From the NCBI RefSeq assembly GCF_009914755.1, contig NC_060928.1: a stretch of 64,000 bases of DNA; one strand, given 5' to 3'. Made by a program: the position numbers and the translations under genes. The notes below the pieces were generated by a model. That model searched no databases and was not told where the DNA came from. It saw only the letters and a program-made list of their open reading frames with translations. Of the stretch, positions 41,867-56,480 are shown one piece after another (within the stretch, counting starts at the first letter, position 1; each line of letters begins with the position of its first letter). The stretch comes from the human T2T-CHM13v2.0 reference genome, Homo sapiens.

Positions 41867-44081
41867 GTGGTGCGCCTAAGTTTTATAGGTTGTTACTCAA
41901 TGTTATTACTTCTCTGGTTGTGAGGGTAGTGTGTTCCTGACTTTAAGTCCAAAGTTTTTTCTTCTCAACATTTTTTCTTGCTAAGATGAAACACAGAGTA
42001 ATAACTACTTGATTCCCTTGCCAGCTTTCTCAAAGCCTCTAAGGGATTTCCTTGTCTTATGGGATAGAATGTTTGCAAATGATCTTCCAATCAAAATTCA
42101 CCATAGCTGCATAGTGACTGAGGTGTGGTCTGCTCGTTGCATTGCATTGTTGAGATCAAGCCAGTCTTGTAGAAGCCTTCTCTAAGGACCTTACAGCAAG
42201 TTACACTGACCTGCCAGGTTCCTCATCATTATGCAGAATGAAAATTCCTTATGTACTTGGAAATCTTTGTAGTGGAGTTCTGGAGTAGGGTCACATTCAA
42301 CAAAATTTTGTGCTGACCATAAAATAAATTTAGAAACAACTCAAAAATTTTATTTGCATTTCTCTAAAAATTAAACTGAATTCAAACATACAGTACACCT
42401 ATTAAATTCTTTATTTGCCTTCTTAATTCTCTGTCCTAAAAATCTCCAGGGAGTATCATACCCCAAGCAGGGAAAATGTATCTAACTCACTTCTCTACTA
42501 CCTTAGTCCCCATCATCTATGCCCATATAAGGCCTTTATCCATGATGTGCCTTCTAAATGGAACACTCCCCTCCCCCACAGCCCCCAAAGGCATAGCTTG
42601 GGCTTTCATTAGCACTGCTATCTTAAGAATCAGTCATAGTTCCAACCACAGACAGCCCTCTCTTCCTGTCTCCTCTCTTCATTCTGGAATCTGAACAATC
42701 AGAGCCTAATACTACTTTTCAGTAACTAAATAGATTAGCAATGCACTCAGTAGTGGCAGACTTTGGCCACATCGATGAACATAACCCTCTATATCCATTT
42801 CTAAGACTCCAGAATTTTTCCCAATGACTGAATCATATTGGCCACCACATTCAGGAACGCAACTATTTGCCTATATCTACTTTACCACAACTGATCTGTT
42901 TAATGCTAACTCAGAGGCCACAGGAAAAGAAATTTAGTTGAAACCTACTTCATTTAAAATGTCTTTTTTAAAAGTTTTTTATATGTCTCTTTTCAAGATG
43001 TATAGATGGAAAAAGGGTTGGGGTGGGGGGTTTGATCTGTAGTGTGAGAAATCTATCCTGCTGAGAAAATGAAAACAGTCTCTGCTTTTCTCATTGTCAT
43101 CCATGCATGCTGCTTACTGGGCTTCTCCTTGAAAGCAGTTGATTTGCATGATTAAGTACTTACTTGGTTTGGTGGGGTTTTTTGAAACTCAAAGGACTTA
43201 TATTGAAAATCTATTTTTGTTTGCTTTTGAATGGAATGCATTTATTTGGGGGATGTAAACTTCTGGGATTTGTGGTAAATTTGAAATCTTAATTCTGTTA
43301 CATACTCTTGGATGGGTTGTTTAGTTGAGGAACTATATTTAGCTTGAGATTTAAACACCTAGATTGTAATAATTTTTTGAATGCAAATTTCATATCTAAA
43401 CTGTTGATGCATAGTCCAGATGTTTGGACAGATCATGTGAGATAGTTGATACAAATATTTGGCTTCATGTAGGGTAATTGGTACAGATTCCTTTGTAGAG
43501 ATTGGAAAGTCTCTTTTTGCTTGAAACTACTCAGCTGTGATTGGATCCACAGTAATAATATTTGTTGGCATCTTAATTTTTATCAAATGCTTTTAAATTA
43601 TTTACTTTCTTAGCTACCTCATTTACATTGCTAACAATATAATATTACAATATAATTGTACAACCTTTTATGGTATCCAAATAGACAAAAGATTCTTTAC
43701 TCCATTAGCCCCCTAAAGCACTTCTATTAATGAGCTGGTTTAAGATTTCAGAGACATCATCCCAGTGAGCTCAACTTTATTATTTAATATTTATTTCTAG
43801 AGAGCAAATAACAACAAAATATTTTATTTTCCCTTGGAATTATTTTGTAAGATATTTATTGCACCAGATTCACTTTTCAAAGAACATCTGATATTCACTT
43901 ACAAAAGTGAACCTCCAGTTAGTTATGCACTCGAGAAGATAGATGTGCTGGACTGTGATGGGCCCAGAACATTCTGAGCTGAAACCTGAACTAAGTGTGT
44001 TTAGAGCCTATTCCTTGAAAGTCTATCAAAAGCTTTTTATGTATCTTGCAACCTGGATCTATCCCTACTTCCCAATATATC

Positions 44082-44625
44082 TGTTACAGGAAAGGGGTCC
44101 TGATCCAGACCCCAAGAGAGAGTACTTAGATCTTGCATAAGAAAGAATTCAAGTTGAGTCCACAGTACAAAGCAAAAGCAAGTTTATTAAGAAAGTAAAG
44201 TAGTGAAAGAACAGCTACTCCATAGACAGAGTAGGGCATTCCCAAAAGTAAGAGGAGGAATGTGTCCACCCTAGATACAATACTTGTTTCTATATAAGAT
44301 TTTTTAAAAAAGATCATGGGGAGATGTGTTCTGCTACAAAAGTTTGTGATAAAGGATTAATTTTCTTAATTTCTGTATTTTGCAAGAATTGATATTGTTA
44401 TCTTTAAAGCAAAAGTAGGAATGCTTCTGTTCTCAAGGTATCAGGGTATCAGAACACTCCCAAGTCTGAGTCTGTTTAGTAAACATTATCAATCTGTTCT
44501 CTTAACCATAAACATCTAGAGGCTAGGAATACCTAACTTTCTGGGAATGCAGCCCAGCAAGCCCCAGCCTCATTGTCCTAGCTCTCACTCAAGATGGAGT
44601 CACTCTGGTTAGAATGCCTCTGACA
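44082..44625 (-). mobile_element. MER41 (C/D-like) solo LTR
   Basis: tgttacaggaaaggggtcctgatccagaccccaagagag...gatggagtcactctggttagaatgcctctgaca; TSD tatc/catc. Confidence 0.88.
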
Positions 44626-44829
44626 CATCCATGGGCCTGAAGCCCACAAACATGAAGTCTAGGAAAGAGGGCTCAGAAAATTAAAAAAATTAAAAAATTT
44701 TAAAAAATTTTAAAAAACAAGAAATTTATGTGTGCCTGATCCAGACCTGGACACTAAAGGATAGCTTCTGTGCCATGGGATAGGCAGATATTAAACAAAT
44801 ATGAAACTCATCTACCACTCTTGCATCAA

Positions 44830-45568
44830 TGAAACTACCTTTGCAAAAATCATACCTGAGGAAATTATGACAGTGAAAGAGATGAGACCAAACCAACCCC
44901 ACCTTGCTTCTCACCTTTAAGCTGTCCTTGTTCATTCCTGGGCATAGATTGAACTAGCCTTGGGAAGGAATTTAGTTTACAGTTCAGACTCTGAAACAAA
45001 ATTGGTAATAGCCCTTTCCCAAGGGGGGAAAAAATCCTTCTTGCCCGGAGACCAGTCTGGCTGTGTAGGACTAACAAATTAGCTACAAGATTAGAAATTA
45101 TGGTGTAGGGGCCATGCAGCCTTCAGCTGCAAGAGTCTGAACCTCCCCAAATTGCTGCTGGGGATAACATCACTGTTGCAAAACCTAAGATCAGTGCTTG
45201 AGATATTTTGCAGACTCTGCATTCCAATGCAGCAGATGACACCACCCAGACCAGTAATCTGGCTCAACCACTTCTGCAATCCCACCCAGGAACAGAAGTC
45301 AGCAAGAAAGAACTCATTTCGACCACCTATGATTTCATCTCCAACCCAATCAATCAGCAACCTCACTTCCCAAGCTCCTATCTGCCAAATTATCCTTAAA
45401 AACTCTGATCCCCAAGTTTTCAGGGAGACTAATTTGAGTAATAATAAAATTCCAGTCTCCCACACAGCCAGTAATATGTGAATTACTCTTTCTCCATTGC
45501 AATTCCCCTGTCTTGATAAATTGGCTCTTGTCTAGCAGGAGGCAAGGTGAACCTGTTGGGTGATTACA
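44830..45568 (+). mobile_element. LTR8 ERV1 solo LTR
   Basis: TGAAACTACCTTTGCAAAAATCATA...GATTACA; 4-bp TSD TCAA. Confidence 0.9.
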
Positions 45569-45799
45569 TCAACGGCCATGAAAGCCCTTTCTATAATTTC
45601 CATAGATCATCATTTCTTCTTGCTTTAAAAAGCTTAGTATTGTCTACAGATTTGAGATCTAATTGTTAACACAGTTTTTAGATTGTCCCTTACCATTCTT
45701 GAACAGTGCACCATTGCTCAGGCATCTGTGATGAAATCTGTTACACACAGATGTATAAGCATAGGATTCTTTGGTAGCTCTCAATGATGTCCTGTTAAT

Positions 45800-46257
45800 T
45801 AGTTGTCTTTCCCTAGGTCAGTGCCACACTATCTTAATTAAAAATATTAGATAATAAGTTATAATACCTGATACAGCAAATCCACTTGTCTTGTGACACT
45901 TGTTCAGCAATGTCTTGACTATCCCCAGGTCTTTGCTCTTTCATAGACATTATAGAATCAATGTGTTAATTTCCTATAAAACCTCTATTTATATGTGAAT
46001 TAGAATTGTAATTACTAGATACTAGTTTAAATCTTTTGACATTAACATTAAACTGTTTTTCACCTACAAAGATGACAATTTCATATGGTTCTTCTACTGA
46101 ATAGATCACAAGGGAAAGAATTAACGTCTTTCTGATATCTACTCGTGAACATGATGTATCTCTCCATTTACTTAGGTTTCTTCAATATCTTTATTAAAGT
46201 TGTAACTCCATGCAGGTATTCAATATATGTTGTAAGATTTACTCCTAGATATCTTGC

Positions 46258-46290
<33 letters not shown>

Positions 46291-46330
46291 AAATGGTATC
46301 TTTTTCTTATTATTATACTTTCAGTTTGTG
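45800..46330 (-). mobile_element. Old L1M ORF2 fragments
   Basis: catgatgtatctctccatttacttagg... antisense L1 motifs. Confidence 0.55.
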
Positions 46331-46336
46331 TGTATG

Positions 46337-46590
46337 TGCTACGGTTTGGGCCTTTGCACCTCCAAACCTCATGTGGAAATTTGGTCCCCAATGTGGCAAT
46401 GTTGAGAGGGAAGGCCTGCTGGGAGGTGTTTGGGTTCTGGGGGTGGATCCCCCATGAATATATTAATGTTCTTTCTCAGGGTGAATGAGTTCTCCCTCTA
46501 TTAGTTCCCCTTGAGAACTGGTAGGTAAAAAGCACCTAGGGCCTCCCAGTGGCTTCCTCCCTCACCATGGGATCACTCTTTGCACTCTTG
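46337..46590 (+). mobile_element. MST (MSTB-like) LTR, partial
   Basis: tgctacggtttgg...cctccaaacctcatgt...gggaggtgtttgggt. Confidence 0.75.
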
Positions 46591-46986
46591 GTATGGAAGT
46601 GTTCCAGACCCAAGGCCATTCTTATGCAGCTATGTGGAGGTAAAAAGGCATCATGCACAGGACTGCAGTTCCTGATACTCATAAATCAGAACTTCTACTG
46701 GATTCAACCAATTTTCTTTAATCTAACTTTACTCCTATTGGTTTTGAGTTATGTAAGCTATTTCTGTTTCACACCTTCTTTCATACAATGCAAGGTCCTT
46801 GGAGTGTTTGATTTTAAACACTACCTCTCAAATTCCATATTATTGTCATTTATCATTCCAGTTCAATTTGTTAATGTCATGCTAGTTAGACATTATTTCA
46901 TCATATTTTTGTCAACGTTTATTTGGATTACACTTTTTTTACATGACGTAGTTCTTTGCACTCTACTGCTTTATTGATTTCATTCT

Positions 46987-47975
46987 TGTAGGGACCAGCC
47001 CCACAGGTTCAGTGGGTTTTTCTCCCTGTGTGCGGAGAAGAGAGATCATAGAAATAGACACAAGACAAAGAGATAAAAGAAAAGACAGCTGGGCCTGGGG
47101 TACCACTACCACCAAGATGCAGAGACCGGTAGTGGCCCCAAATGCCTGGCTGCACTGTTATTTATTTGATACAAAGCAAAAGGGGCAGGGTAAAGAGTGT
47201 GAGTCATCTCCAATGACTGATAAGGTCACGTGAGTCACGTGTCCACTGGACAGTGGGCCCTTCCCTATTTGGCAGCTGAGGCGGAGAGAGAGAAGACAGC
47301 TTATGCCATTTATTTCTGCATATCAGAGACTTTTAGTACTTTCACTAATTTTGCTACTCCTATCTAGAAGGCAGAGCCAAGTGTACAGAATGGAACATGA
47401 AAACGGACCAGGAGCATGACCAATGAAGCACAGCATCACAGGGAGATGGTTAGGCCTCCGGATAACTGCGGGCGGGCCTGACTGATGTCAGGCCCTCCAC
47501 AAGAGGTGGTGGATTAGAATCTTCTCTAAACTCCCCCAGGGAAAGGGAGACTCCCTTTCCCGGTCTGCTAAGTAGCGGCTGTTTTTCCTTGGCACTGACA
47601 CTACCGCTAGACCATAGTCCGCTTGGCAACGGGCGTCTTCCCAGACGCTGGTGTTACCGCTAGACCAAGGAGACCTCTAGTGGCCCTATCCGGGCATGAC
47701 AGAAGGCTCACTCTTGTCTTCTGGTCACTTCTCACCATGTCCCTATCTCTGTATGGCCTGGTTTTTCCTAGGTTATGATTGTAGAGCAAGGATTATTATA
47801 ATATTGGAATAAAGAGTAATTTCTACAAACTAATGATTAATGATATTCATATATAATCATATCTATGATCTATATCTAGTATAACTATTCTTATTTTATA
47901 TATTTTCTTTATTACACTGGAACAGCTCATGCCGTCGGTCTCTTGCCTTGGCACCTGGGTGGCTTGCCGCACACA
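46987..47975 (-). mobile_element. LTR13 (HERV-K13/HML-4) solo LTR
   Basis: Reverse strand begins TGTGTGCGGCAAGCCACCCAGGTGCCAAGGCAAGAGACC; ~990 bp; perfect 6-bp TSD CATTCT. Confidence 0.88.
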
Positions 47976-48625
47976 CATTCTGAATGAAGAACATCCTTTA
48001 GTAGATTTGCAGGTCTTTGACAAATCCCCTCAAAAACAAAATTAAATGTTGTTTATTTTGCCGTTAGTCTGGAATGATTGTTTTGGGTGGGTTTAGAATT
48101 CTAGATTGATGGTTACTTTTCCTCAGTACTTTAAATATATTATTTCATTTTCATCCAATTCCTAGTGTTGGTGTTGTTGATGAGAAGTCTGCTGTCAGCC
48201 TAATTATATTCCTCTCTAGAAGAAATATCTTTTTCTATCTGAATTTTTGGGCTTTTTTTCGGAAAAAAGATTTTCATCTCACTATAATGCATGATGGTAT
48301 GGGTTGTATTTTTTGTTTGGTTATTTACATTTCGGGTTTGGTATTGTTTTGTTTTTGCTGCTGAGGATCAATTATGCTCTTTCAATATCAGGGTTCATGT
48401 ATTTCTTTAATTCTGAAAACTCCCCAACTATTATCTCTTAGAATACTTTTTCTCCCTTTTATCCTTTATTTTCTCTTCTGGAATATCTCATTCTATCTCT
48501 TTATCTTCTTTATCTTTTAACATTTTTTATAATTTTTTAATCATTTTATCTCTCTCTGCTAGATTCTGAGAGGTTTACTCAACTCCATCTTTCAGTTCTC
48601 TGATTCTCATTTTAATTGACATTAA

Positions 48626-49825
<1,200 letters not shown>

Positions 49826-49830
<5 letters not shown>

Positions 49831-50517
49831 GTCAGGAAACAACAGGTGCTGGAGAGGATGTGGAGAAATAGGAACACTTTTACACTGTTGGTGGAACTGT
49901 AAACTAGTTCAACCATTGTGGAAGTCAGTGTGGCGATTCCTCAGGGATCTAGAACTAGAAATACCATTTGACCCAGCCATCCCATTACTGGGTATATACC
50001 CAAAGGATTATAAATCATGCTGCTATGAAGACACATGCACATGTATGTTTACTGTGGCACTATTCACAATAGCAAAGACTTGGAACCGACCCAAATGTCC
50101 AACAATGAGAGACTGGATTAAGAAAATGTGGCACATATACACCATGGAATACTATGCAGCCATAAAAAATGATGAGTTCATGTCCTTTGTAGGGACATGG
50201 ATGAAGCTGGAAACCGTCATTCTCAGCAAACTATCACAAGGACAAAAAACCAAACACCACATGTTCTCACTCATAGGTGGGAATTGAACAATGAGAACAC
50301 ATGGACACAGGAAGGGGAACATCACACACCGGGGACTGTTGTGGGGTGGGGGGAGGGGGGAGGGATAGCATTAGGAGATATACCTAATGCTAAATGACGA
50401 GTTAATGGGTGCAGCACACCAACATGGCACATGTATACATATGTAACTAACCTGCACGTTGTGCACATGTACCGTAAAACTTAAAGTATAATAATAATAA
50501 AATAAAATAAAATAAAA
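49826..50517 (+). mobile_element. Older L1PA (approx. PA3-5) 3' fragment starting at an endonuclease-type AAAAAGTCAGG site
   Basis: GAG/A non-Ta 3' UTR (aatgacgagttaatggg, cttaaagtata), (TAAAA)n tail. Confidence 0.9.
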
Positions 50518-50545
50518 GAGAAAAGCATCTTTGTTAAGATAAAAC

Positions 50546-50608
50546 AAAAAAAAAGAAAGAAAGAAAAGAAAGAAAAGAAAAGAAAAGAAAGGAAAAGAAG
50601 AGAAAAGA
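50546..50608. repeat. (GAAAA)n A-rich simple repeat
   Basis: Visible directly in the sequence. Confidence 0.85.
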
Positions 50609-50609
50609 A

Positions 50610-50772
50610 CAGGGCTGGCAAGTTTTTGCTGCAAAGGGCTAGATAGTACATATTTCTGGTGTTGCAAGTCAAGAAGCAAAATTGAGGCTACTATGTAGGT
50701 ATTTATAAAACTAGAGAAAAAATAAAGATCCACAACATTTTTACTGGTAAAATTCAAAATACAGTAATAATT
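50610..50772 (+). mobile_element. hAT-Charlie MER58/Cheshire-like fragment
   Basis: cagggctggcaagtttttgctgcaaagggctagatagta terminus. Confidence 0.65.
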
Positions 50773-50773
50773 G

Positions 50774-51130
50774 GAACTCAGAGAGAGAGTAGAAGGGTGA
50801 TTGCCAGGGGCTAGGAGTGGGGGAATGCTGAGATGTTGATCAAAGGGTACAAACTTTTGCTTATAAGATGAGTAATTTCTGGGATTCTAGAGTACAGGAT
50901 GTACTCTAGTTAATAGTTAATAGTACTGTATTGTAAACCTGAAATTTGCTGAGAATAGATCTCTAGTGTCACCACCACACACACAAAAAAATAGTTACTA
51001 TGTGAGGTGATGGACATGTTAATTCGACTGTGGTAATCATTTCACAATGCATACCAAATCGTCATGTTGTATGTCTTCAATATATACAATTTTCATTTGT
51101 AAATTGTACCTCAATAACGCCAGAAAAAAG
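50774..51130 (+). mobile_element. L1MA8/9-like 3' UTR
   Basis: tcaaagggtacaaactt...ataagatgagtaa...tgtgaggtgatgga. Confidence 0.75.
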
Positions 51131-51144
51131 TATTATTTTTAAAA

Positions 51145-51498
51145 AACTGCCACTTGTCCAGTTCTGATATAATATCAGAAAAGAATTTCCACAATTATCT
51201 GAAGAGGCCTTTATTTTCAACTATGTATATCTGTGAGGCTAGATTTTCTTATATTTCCACAAAAACAATGTATCATAATAAATTGAATGTAGAAGCAGAT
51301 AGCAGAATTCAGTTGTCTTTTATCAAGCCTAGACATTAAAGAGATTTGCAAAAATATAAAGTAATACCACTCTTTTCATTATGTACTTGTTTTATAAAAT
51401 ATAATTATTTTCACAAAAGTATTATTTATGTTAACATGCAACAGGTTTGTTGTTTTATTTTAAAATGTAATAATAAATATTTTTTACTTTTTCAATTT
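51145..51498 (+). mobile_element. Charlie1-like hAT transposase 3' fragment
   Basis: ctgtgaggctagattttct...ttgaatgtagaagcagat...cctagacattaaagagatttgcaaaaat. Confidence 0.7.
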
Positions 51499-51514
51499 AA
51501 AAAAAAAAAAAAAA
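51472..51514 (+). terminator. Poly(A) signal and A16 tail closing the L1 transduction
   Basis: AATAAA 51472-51477; A16 at 51499-51514, 21 nt downstream. Confidence 0.75.
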
Positions 51515-51829
51515 CTGCTTACAGTTTTTCAAGCACTCCTAATATTTTGTTATTAATTTTAATTCAATTTTTTATTTTGTATTCTTTTATCTCCATAATC
51601 CTTTTAAATCTACTTATATTATCGTCTTTTTTAGATTTTTATTTTTTTAAATCTTCAGTTTTGGGAAGGCTAATCTCCTGGATATAATATTTCCTGGTAT
51701 TCCACTACAGTGGGTCTTTTCTCGAGTTCTTTAAGACACTAATACTCTGTCCTGTGGTAGCTGCATTTGCTTTAGTTTATATACATGTACCCACAGAATT
51801 ATTCCTCATTTTTTTCTGCTAGGCTCTAG

Positions 51830-52032
51830 GGTTACAATATAATAGCCAGTAGCCATATGTAAATTTTAAAATAGAAATTAATTAAAATTAAATAAAATTT
51901 AAAATTTAGTTTTGCAATCTCACTAGACACATTAAGTGTTCAATAGCCACATAGGACCAGTAGTTACCATATTAGATACTGCAGATACAAAACATTTCCA
52001 TATCACAAAAGTTCTATTGTGCAGTGTTGCTG
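51830..52032. mobile_element. MER33/MER3-like hAT MITE
   Basis: tagccagtagccatatgt...aagtgttcaatagccacat...aaagttctattg. Confidence 0.7.
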
Positions 52033-52899
52033 TAGAGTTTACACAGTCCTAAACTAGCTTTAATATTAATTTCTTTGTTCTGTTTCCTAACCTTTGCAGG
52101 TCATTAAATTGTAAGCCTTTTAGGTCTCATGGGTATAGAACTTTGATTAATTGCGATTGACTTATTTATTCATTCATGACCTCCAATAGATAGCAAGTGA
52201 CCTTTTCATTTCTCCAGGCCATTAAGCAGATACATCTAGATTCCTTTAAATAAATAACTTGGTAACCCTTCAAGACTCTGGACTTTATTCAGAGGACTCA
52301 ATTCCAGCTTTCCAGCTTGAATAGACCTATGGCCACATCTTTTTTCCCTAGTGGGTATGAAAAGCCCTTTATATATATTCCTTCCATAATCCCCGAGTAG
52401 TCAAAGGGCCTACTTTCACTTGCTTTTCTGGATTTGAATCCTCTCTTCTGTTCTGTCACCTGGAGATTTCTCTTTCTGTTTTTCAAGCTGCTTTGTATAA
52501 TTTATTAAAAATTACATCACATTTATCCAGCATTTCACCATGTTTGTGGAGAGAAAAATTGTCTACATCAGCTAAATTTATCATGTGATTAGAAATATAC
52601 TGACATTGTATTGCATGCTTTAATATTTTGAGAAAGAATAAGATATGTCATGTTTAAAATGAATTTCATTGTTAAGCCTGCTCTTTAATATAATTGCTCA
52701 AAAATTTCTGTCTAATTGTAATCTGGTGCTTGAAGTTCTACAACTTCACCTGTAAGTGATTTGTTTTTCTTATTGGAATGCCTCATATCTAATCTAAATA
52801 CAAAAGTATTGTTTTTTAATGACACCTCTTGTATCAATCACTTCTTTCCAATATCATTTTACTTTTGCATAGAACCTGATATCATTTCCAGAAATGATT

Positions 52900-53370
52900 T
52901 TAACATTCTCTTCTAAAATTGTAAAGTAATGCTTATTTATTATAACTGATAAAATAATATGTTTAAAGAAAAAAGTAATCATCTCTCTTCTCTACCTCCT
53001 TTCTATTCCTTATTTCCAAACCACCTCCTTGCCAGATGGTCAGTGATATCAACATTGTTTTATATTGCTTTAGTAGTTTTCCATGCACATTTAAATATAT
53101 ACAAACATATGAATTTATAATTAGCGGTTCCTGTCCTTGACTATTTTGACCAAAATGAGTATTTCACTAACTAAACACTAGAGCATCTCTCTAGTCAACA
53201 TATATAAGCCTAATATATTTTTTAAATACTTTAATATTATCCATAGTATAAATATACATAATTTATTAATCTTTTCCCCCTTGATGAATACTCAGGATGC
53301 TTCCAGTTTGCTGCCACTATGAATCATAACACAATAAACATCCTTGAGTAATTCTTGCATACCTGTAACA
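52900..53370 (-). mobile_element. L1ME 3' fragment
   Basis: Degenerate antisense L1 3' motifs (ttccagtttgctgccactatg...aataaacatcctt). Confidence 0.5.
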
Positions 53371-54949
53371 CTTGGATTTTTATATAACCTTACTCTAAAT
53401 TAGTATAAAAATGTGTTATCTTTCTTTAGTCTCTCATTTCTCTCCATCCCATATAAATCTAAAATAATCTTTTTGTACCAGGTTTTTATTAAAGAAGTTA
53501 GATTTTAAAAATATTATTTAAACCCAAAATTTATTATAGGTTCTTCTGTCTTCAGAGCTGACTAGCATAATTCATGTTGGTAGGAAGATATGTCTCTACA
53601 TTTACTTCCTACCAATTAAGGAGATTGGCAGAAGAAAGAAGAAAACAGTGAACTCTCAATGTTTCTGCCAGAGGGACTAGATGACGTGGCACTCTGCTTA
53701 ACAGGACATATTGTTGACCCTCTGATTATACCAAGCCTGATAGGGCCTGGAGAGCAGAACTGTTTTAATGAAGACTGGAACTGAGTTTGGAAGAGTAGTT
53801 ACTGTAGGGAAATATAAGAGAGAGAAATTGACAGATGAGAAGAATGAGTGTTAAAAGAGGGCATGGACCCAAAAATGGCAGGAGGCTGAAAGCAACATAG
53901 AAAAATGAGAAATGTCAGAGCATGAGAAGGGTTTTAAAATTGTATTCCTTTACTTTTGAAACCCCACACCCAGGACAATGCCTGTCACAAAGCAGATGTT
54001 CCAGGAATATCACTAAAATAATAATTAGGGATGTTTGATATTAAGTTTTAAGTGATTGCATTTTATGTTCTCCACAAGAAACCCATTTTAAATATAAGAA
54101 CATGGCTAGATTCATTACCTCTGAAGTGGTATAGTGTTATTTGAAAGAAAACTAGGATTAGTTATAAATGGGCAGCTACTTTAAAAAGCACAACGACTGC
54201 ATTGTCATAATGTAAAGCCTTTCCCTATCATCTCAAACTTTCAATGAAAACTCTAACATCTAAATATGTTATTAAACAATAGGGGGTCAGGGTTGGGAAA
54301 TCAAGAAAACAGATTGAATTATACCCCCTGGAGAGCCCAGAGCTTAGAGAAGCCAATTGTCTCCGGATCTGATAAACGTATTAAGAGCAGGAGTTCCCCT
54401 AAAGCAGGAACTTCTTGTAGAGGTGATCATGGAAATGCAAGCTCCCAGGAATCTAGGATAACTGATGGAAAACATTACATATCCTACAGAACAAGGGGTA
54501 ATGGCTTAAAGTAATATTATGATGGGGTGACCAGAGCAAACATTTGTTAAGCAATGAATCATATAATCATAGAAAATGTTTAAACCTGGAAAGCAATAAT
54601 CTAGTCCAGTGGTGATAAACACCTTCATTTCAAGAGCTATTTCAATTGACAGCATCCTCCCGGCATGCTAAGTTGAGCAGAGTTCTGAGACTGGAAAATG
54701 GGTCTGTGGTGAAGATGGTTGGAAATTATCAAAAAGCCTAAGGAAGTGCAAGGGGGGAAAGTAAAGCATGTAAATTTCCAGACTGCAAATTTATTGAGGA
54801 AAGATGTAATTTGTTTTTTGATCCTTCACACCTTACCCTCCTCACAACTCCATCAACTATTCTCAATGGGTTATTGATGCTGATTTAGTCTATCCCTGAT
54901 TTAGTACAAGTACCTCCTTTTTAAGAAAAATACTTGTTTATTTTTTAAC

Positions 54950-55062
54950 CTACCAATATTGAATCAGGAAGAAATAGAAAGCCTGAACAGACCCATAACA
55001 AATAAAGAGATTAAAATAGTTATTAAAATCCTCCTCCCAAAGAAGAAAAGCTCAGGACCAGG
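54950..55062 (+). mobile_element. L1 ORF2 fragment
   Basis: gaatcaggaagaaatagaaagcctgaacagacccataaca. Confidence 0.7.
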
Positions 55063-55404
55063 TTGTTCAGGGGAACAACAAGTCAGTGGAGCATTCAGAA
55101 CATAAACATTTATCAATTAAGTTCGCTGTCTTATAAGGGCACAGTTCATGGTGCCCCAAAATAATTAAAATAGTAACATAAAAGATCACTAATTACAGAT
55201 CACCATAACAGATATAATAATGAAAAGTTTGGAAACTGCAAGAAATGCCAAAATGTGACATAGTGTCCCAAAGCGAGCCCATGCTGTTGGAAAATGGCGC
55301 CAATAGACTTATTCCACACAGGATTGCCACAAACCTTCAATTTGTAAAAATGCAGTGTCTGTGGAGCACAAGAAAGTGCAGTGTAGTAAAACAAGGTATG
55401 CCCG
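55063..55404 (-). mobile_element. Tigger1 terminal fragment
   Basis: catgctgttggaaaatggcgccaatagact...aaaccttcaatttgtaaaaa...aaaacaaggtatgcc. Confidence 0.85.
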
Positions 55405-56261
55405 TGTCTATAAAAGGGAGACAGAATTGTTCCTTCAAAGAGTCGCTAAATCGCTAAAAATTTGCAAATAGTTACACAGTGCCCTGTCTATCATTGACAA
55501 TTACAAAATGCCTTGCAACATTTTGCATTGTTTATTGAGCTGGTTCTTGACTCTTCTTTAGTTGTTTGTATTTCATTTTCATACTTTTACAACCATATGG
55601 TAAACTCCTAAAATACAAATATTTTATCTTATAGAGTCTTCTCATTCCTATATAGCTAATAGGCAGTCAATAAATATTTGAATCGATTAATGCTCTGGAT
55701 TTTACCTCACAAACCAGATTACATACTTATTGAGAAAAAATGTATTTTTTCACACTTTTCTCTCCTCATAATTCCTCAATCCACTATGCTTAGGAGGTTA
55801 TTGAAAACATACATGAAATATATAAATAAATGAGTTTGATAAATTATTAAATATAGAAGAATAACTCTTGAGAACATAAGTCCTTTCTGAGAAGACAATT
55901 AAAAATCGGTAAAGGAGATTTGCTAAAATTTACTGTAAAAAAATTTCATTACCACCTGTTTTCAATTACACGTTATCTTTAAATTCTGTCCTAATTGGAT
56001 ATTTTACAGCTTCTGCTTCTTTATAATAAAAATTGTATGTAAACATAACTATAGCTTTTGATTTTTTTTTGCACAGTAGTGCATAGTTGCCATGTTGAAA
56101 ATACTGTTGAACAAATAAGTGTGCAATATTAGGAAGGAAACTCCTTCTCTCAAGGAAAATAGTGATGAAAGTGGGAGAGAAAAACGTCGTTGTTGTTGTT
56201 GCTGTGTTTTTATTTGAAACCATCACCTCATTTGGTTTCCATATTCTGAACATAAAGGAGT

Positions 56262-56480
56262 ATTGTCCACTCAATAAACATTTACCAAGCACCTGCTATG
56301 TTATGTCTGAGAGTCACAAAGATGAATGATCATGATCTGTCTTCAAGATTCATTGTTTCTTGGAAAAGGCAGACACATCAGCAAATAGTTTGTGATGAGT
56401 GCTCTCTGACGGGGGTATACCCAAGGTGCTAGGAGACTGCAGGGGAGTGAGAAATAAGAAAAAGCTGAATGGCGGAAGAA
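56262..56480 (-). mobile_element. L2 3' fragment
   Basis: cactcaataaacatttaccaagcacctgctatg. Confidence 0.6.

Noticed and set aside
41138-45568. Two same-orientation LTR8-family LTRs read as one provirus
   Set aside because: Each has its own TSD (GTGG; TCAA), they are substantially diverged, and no PBS or internal sequence lies between them
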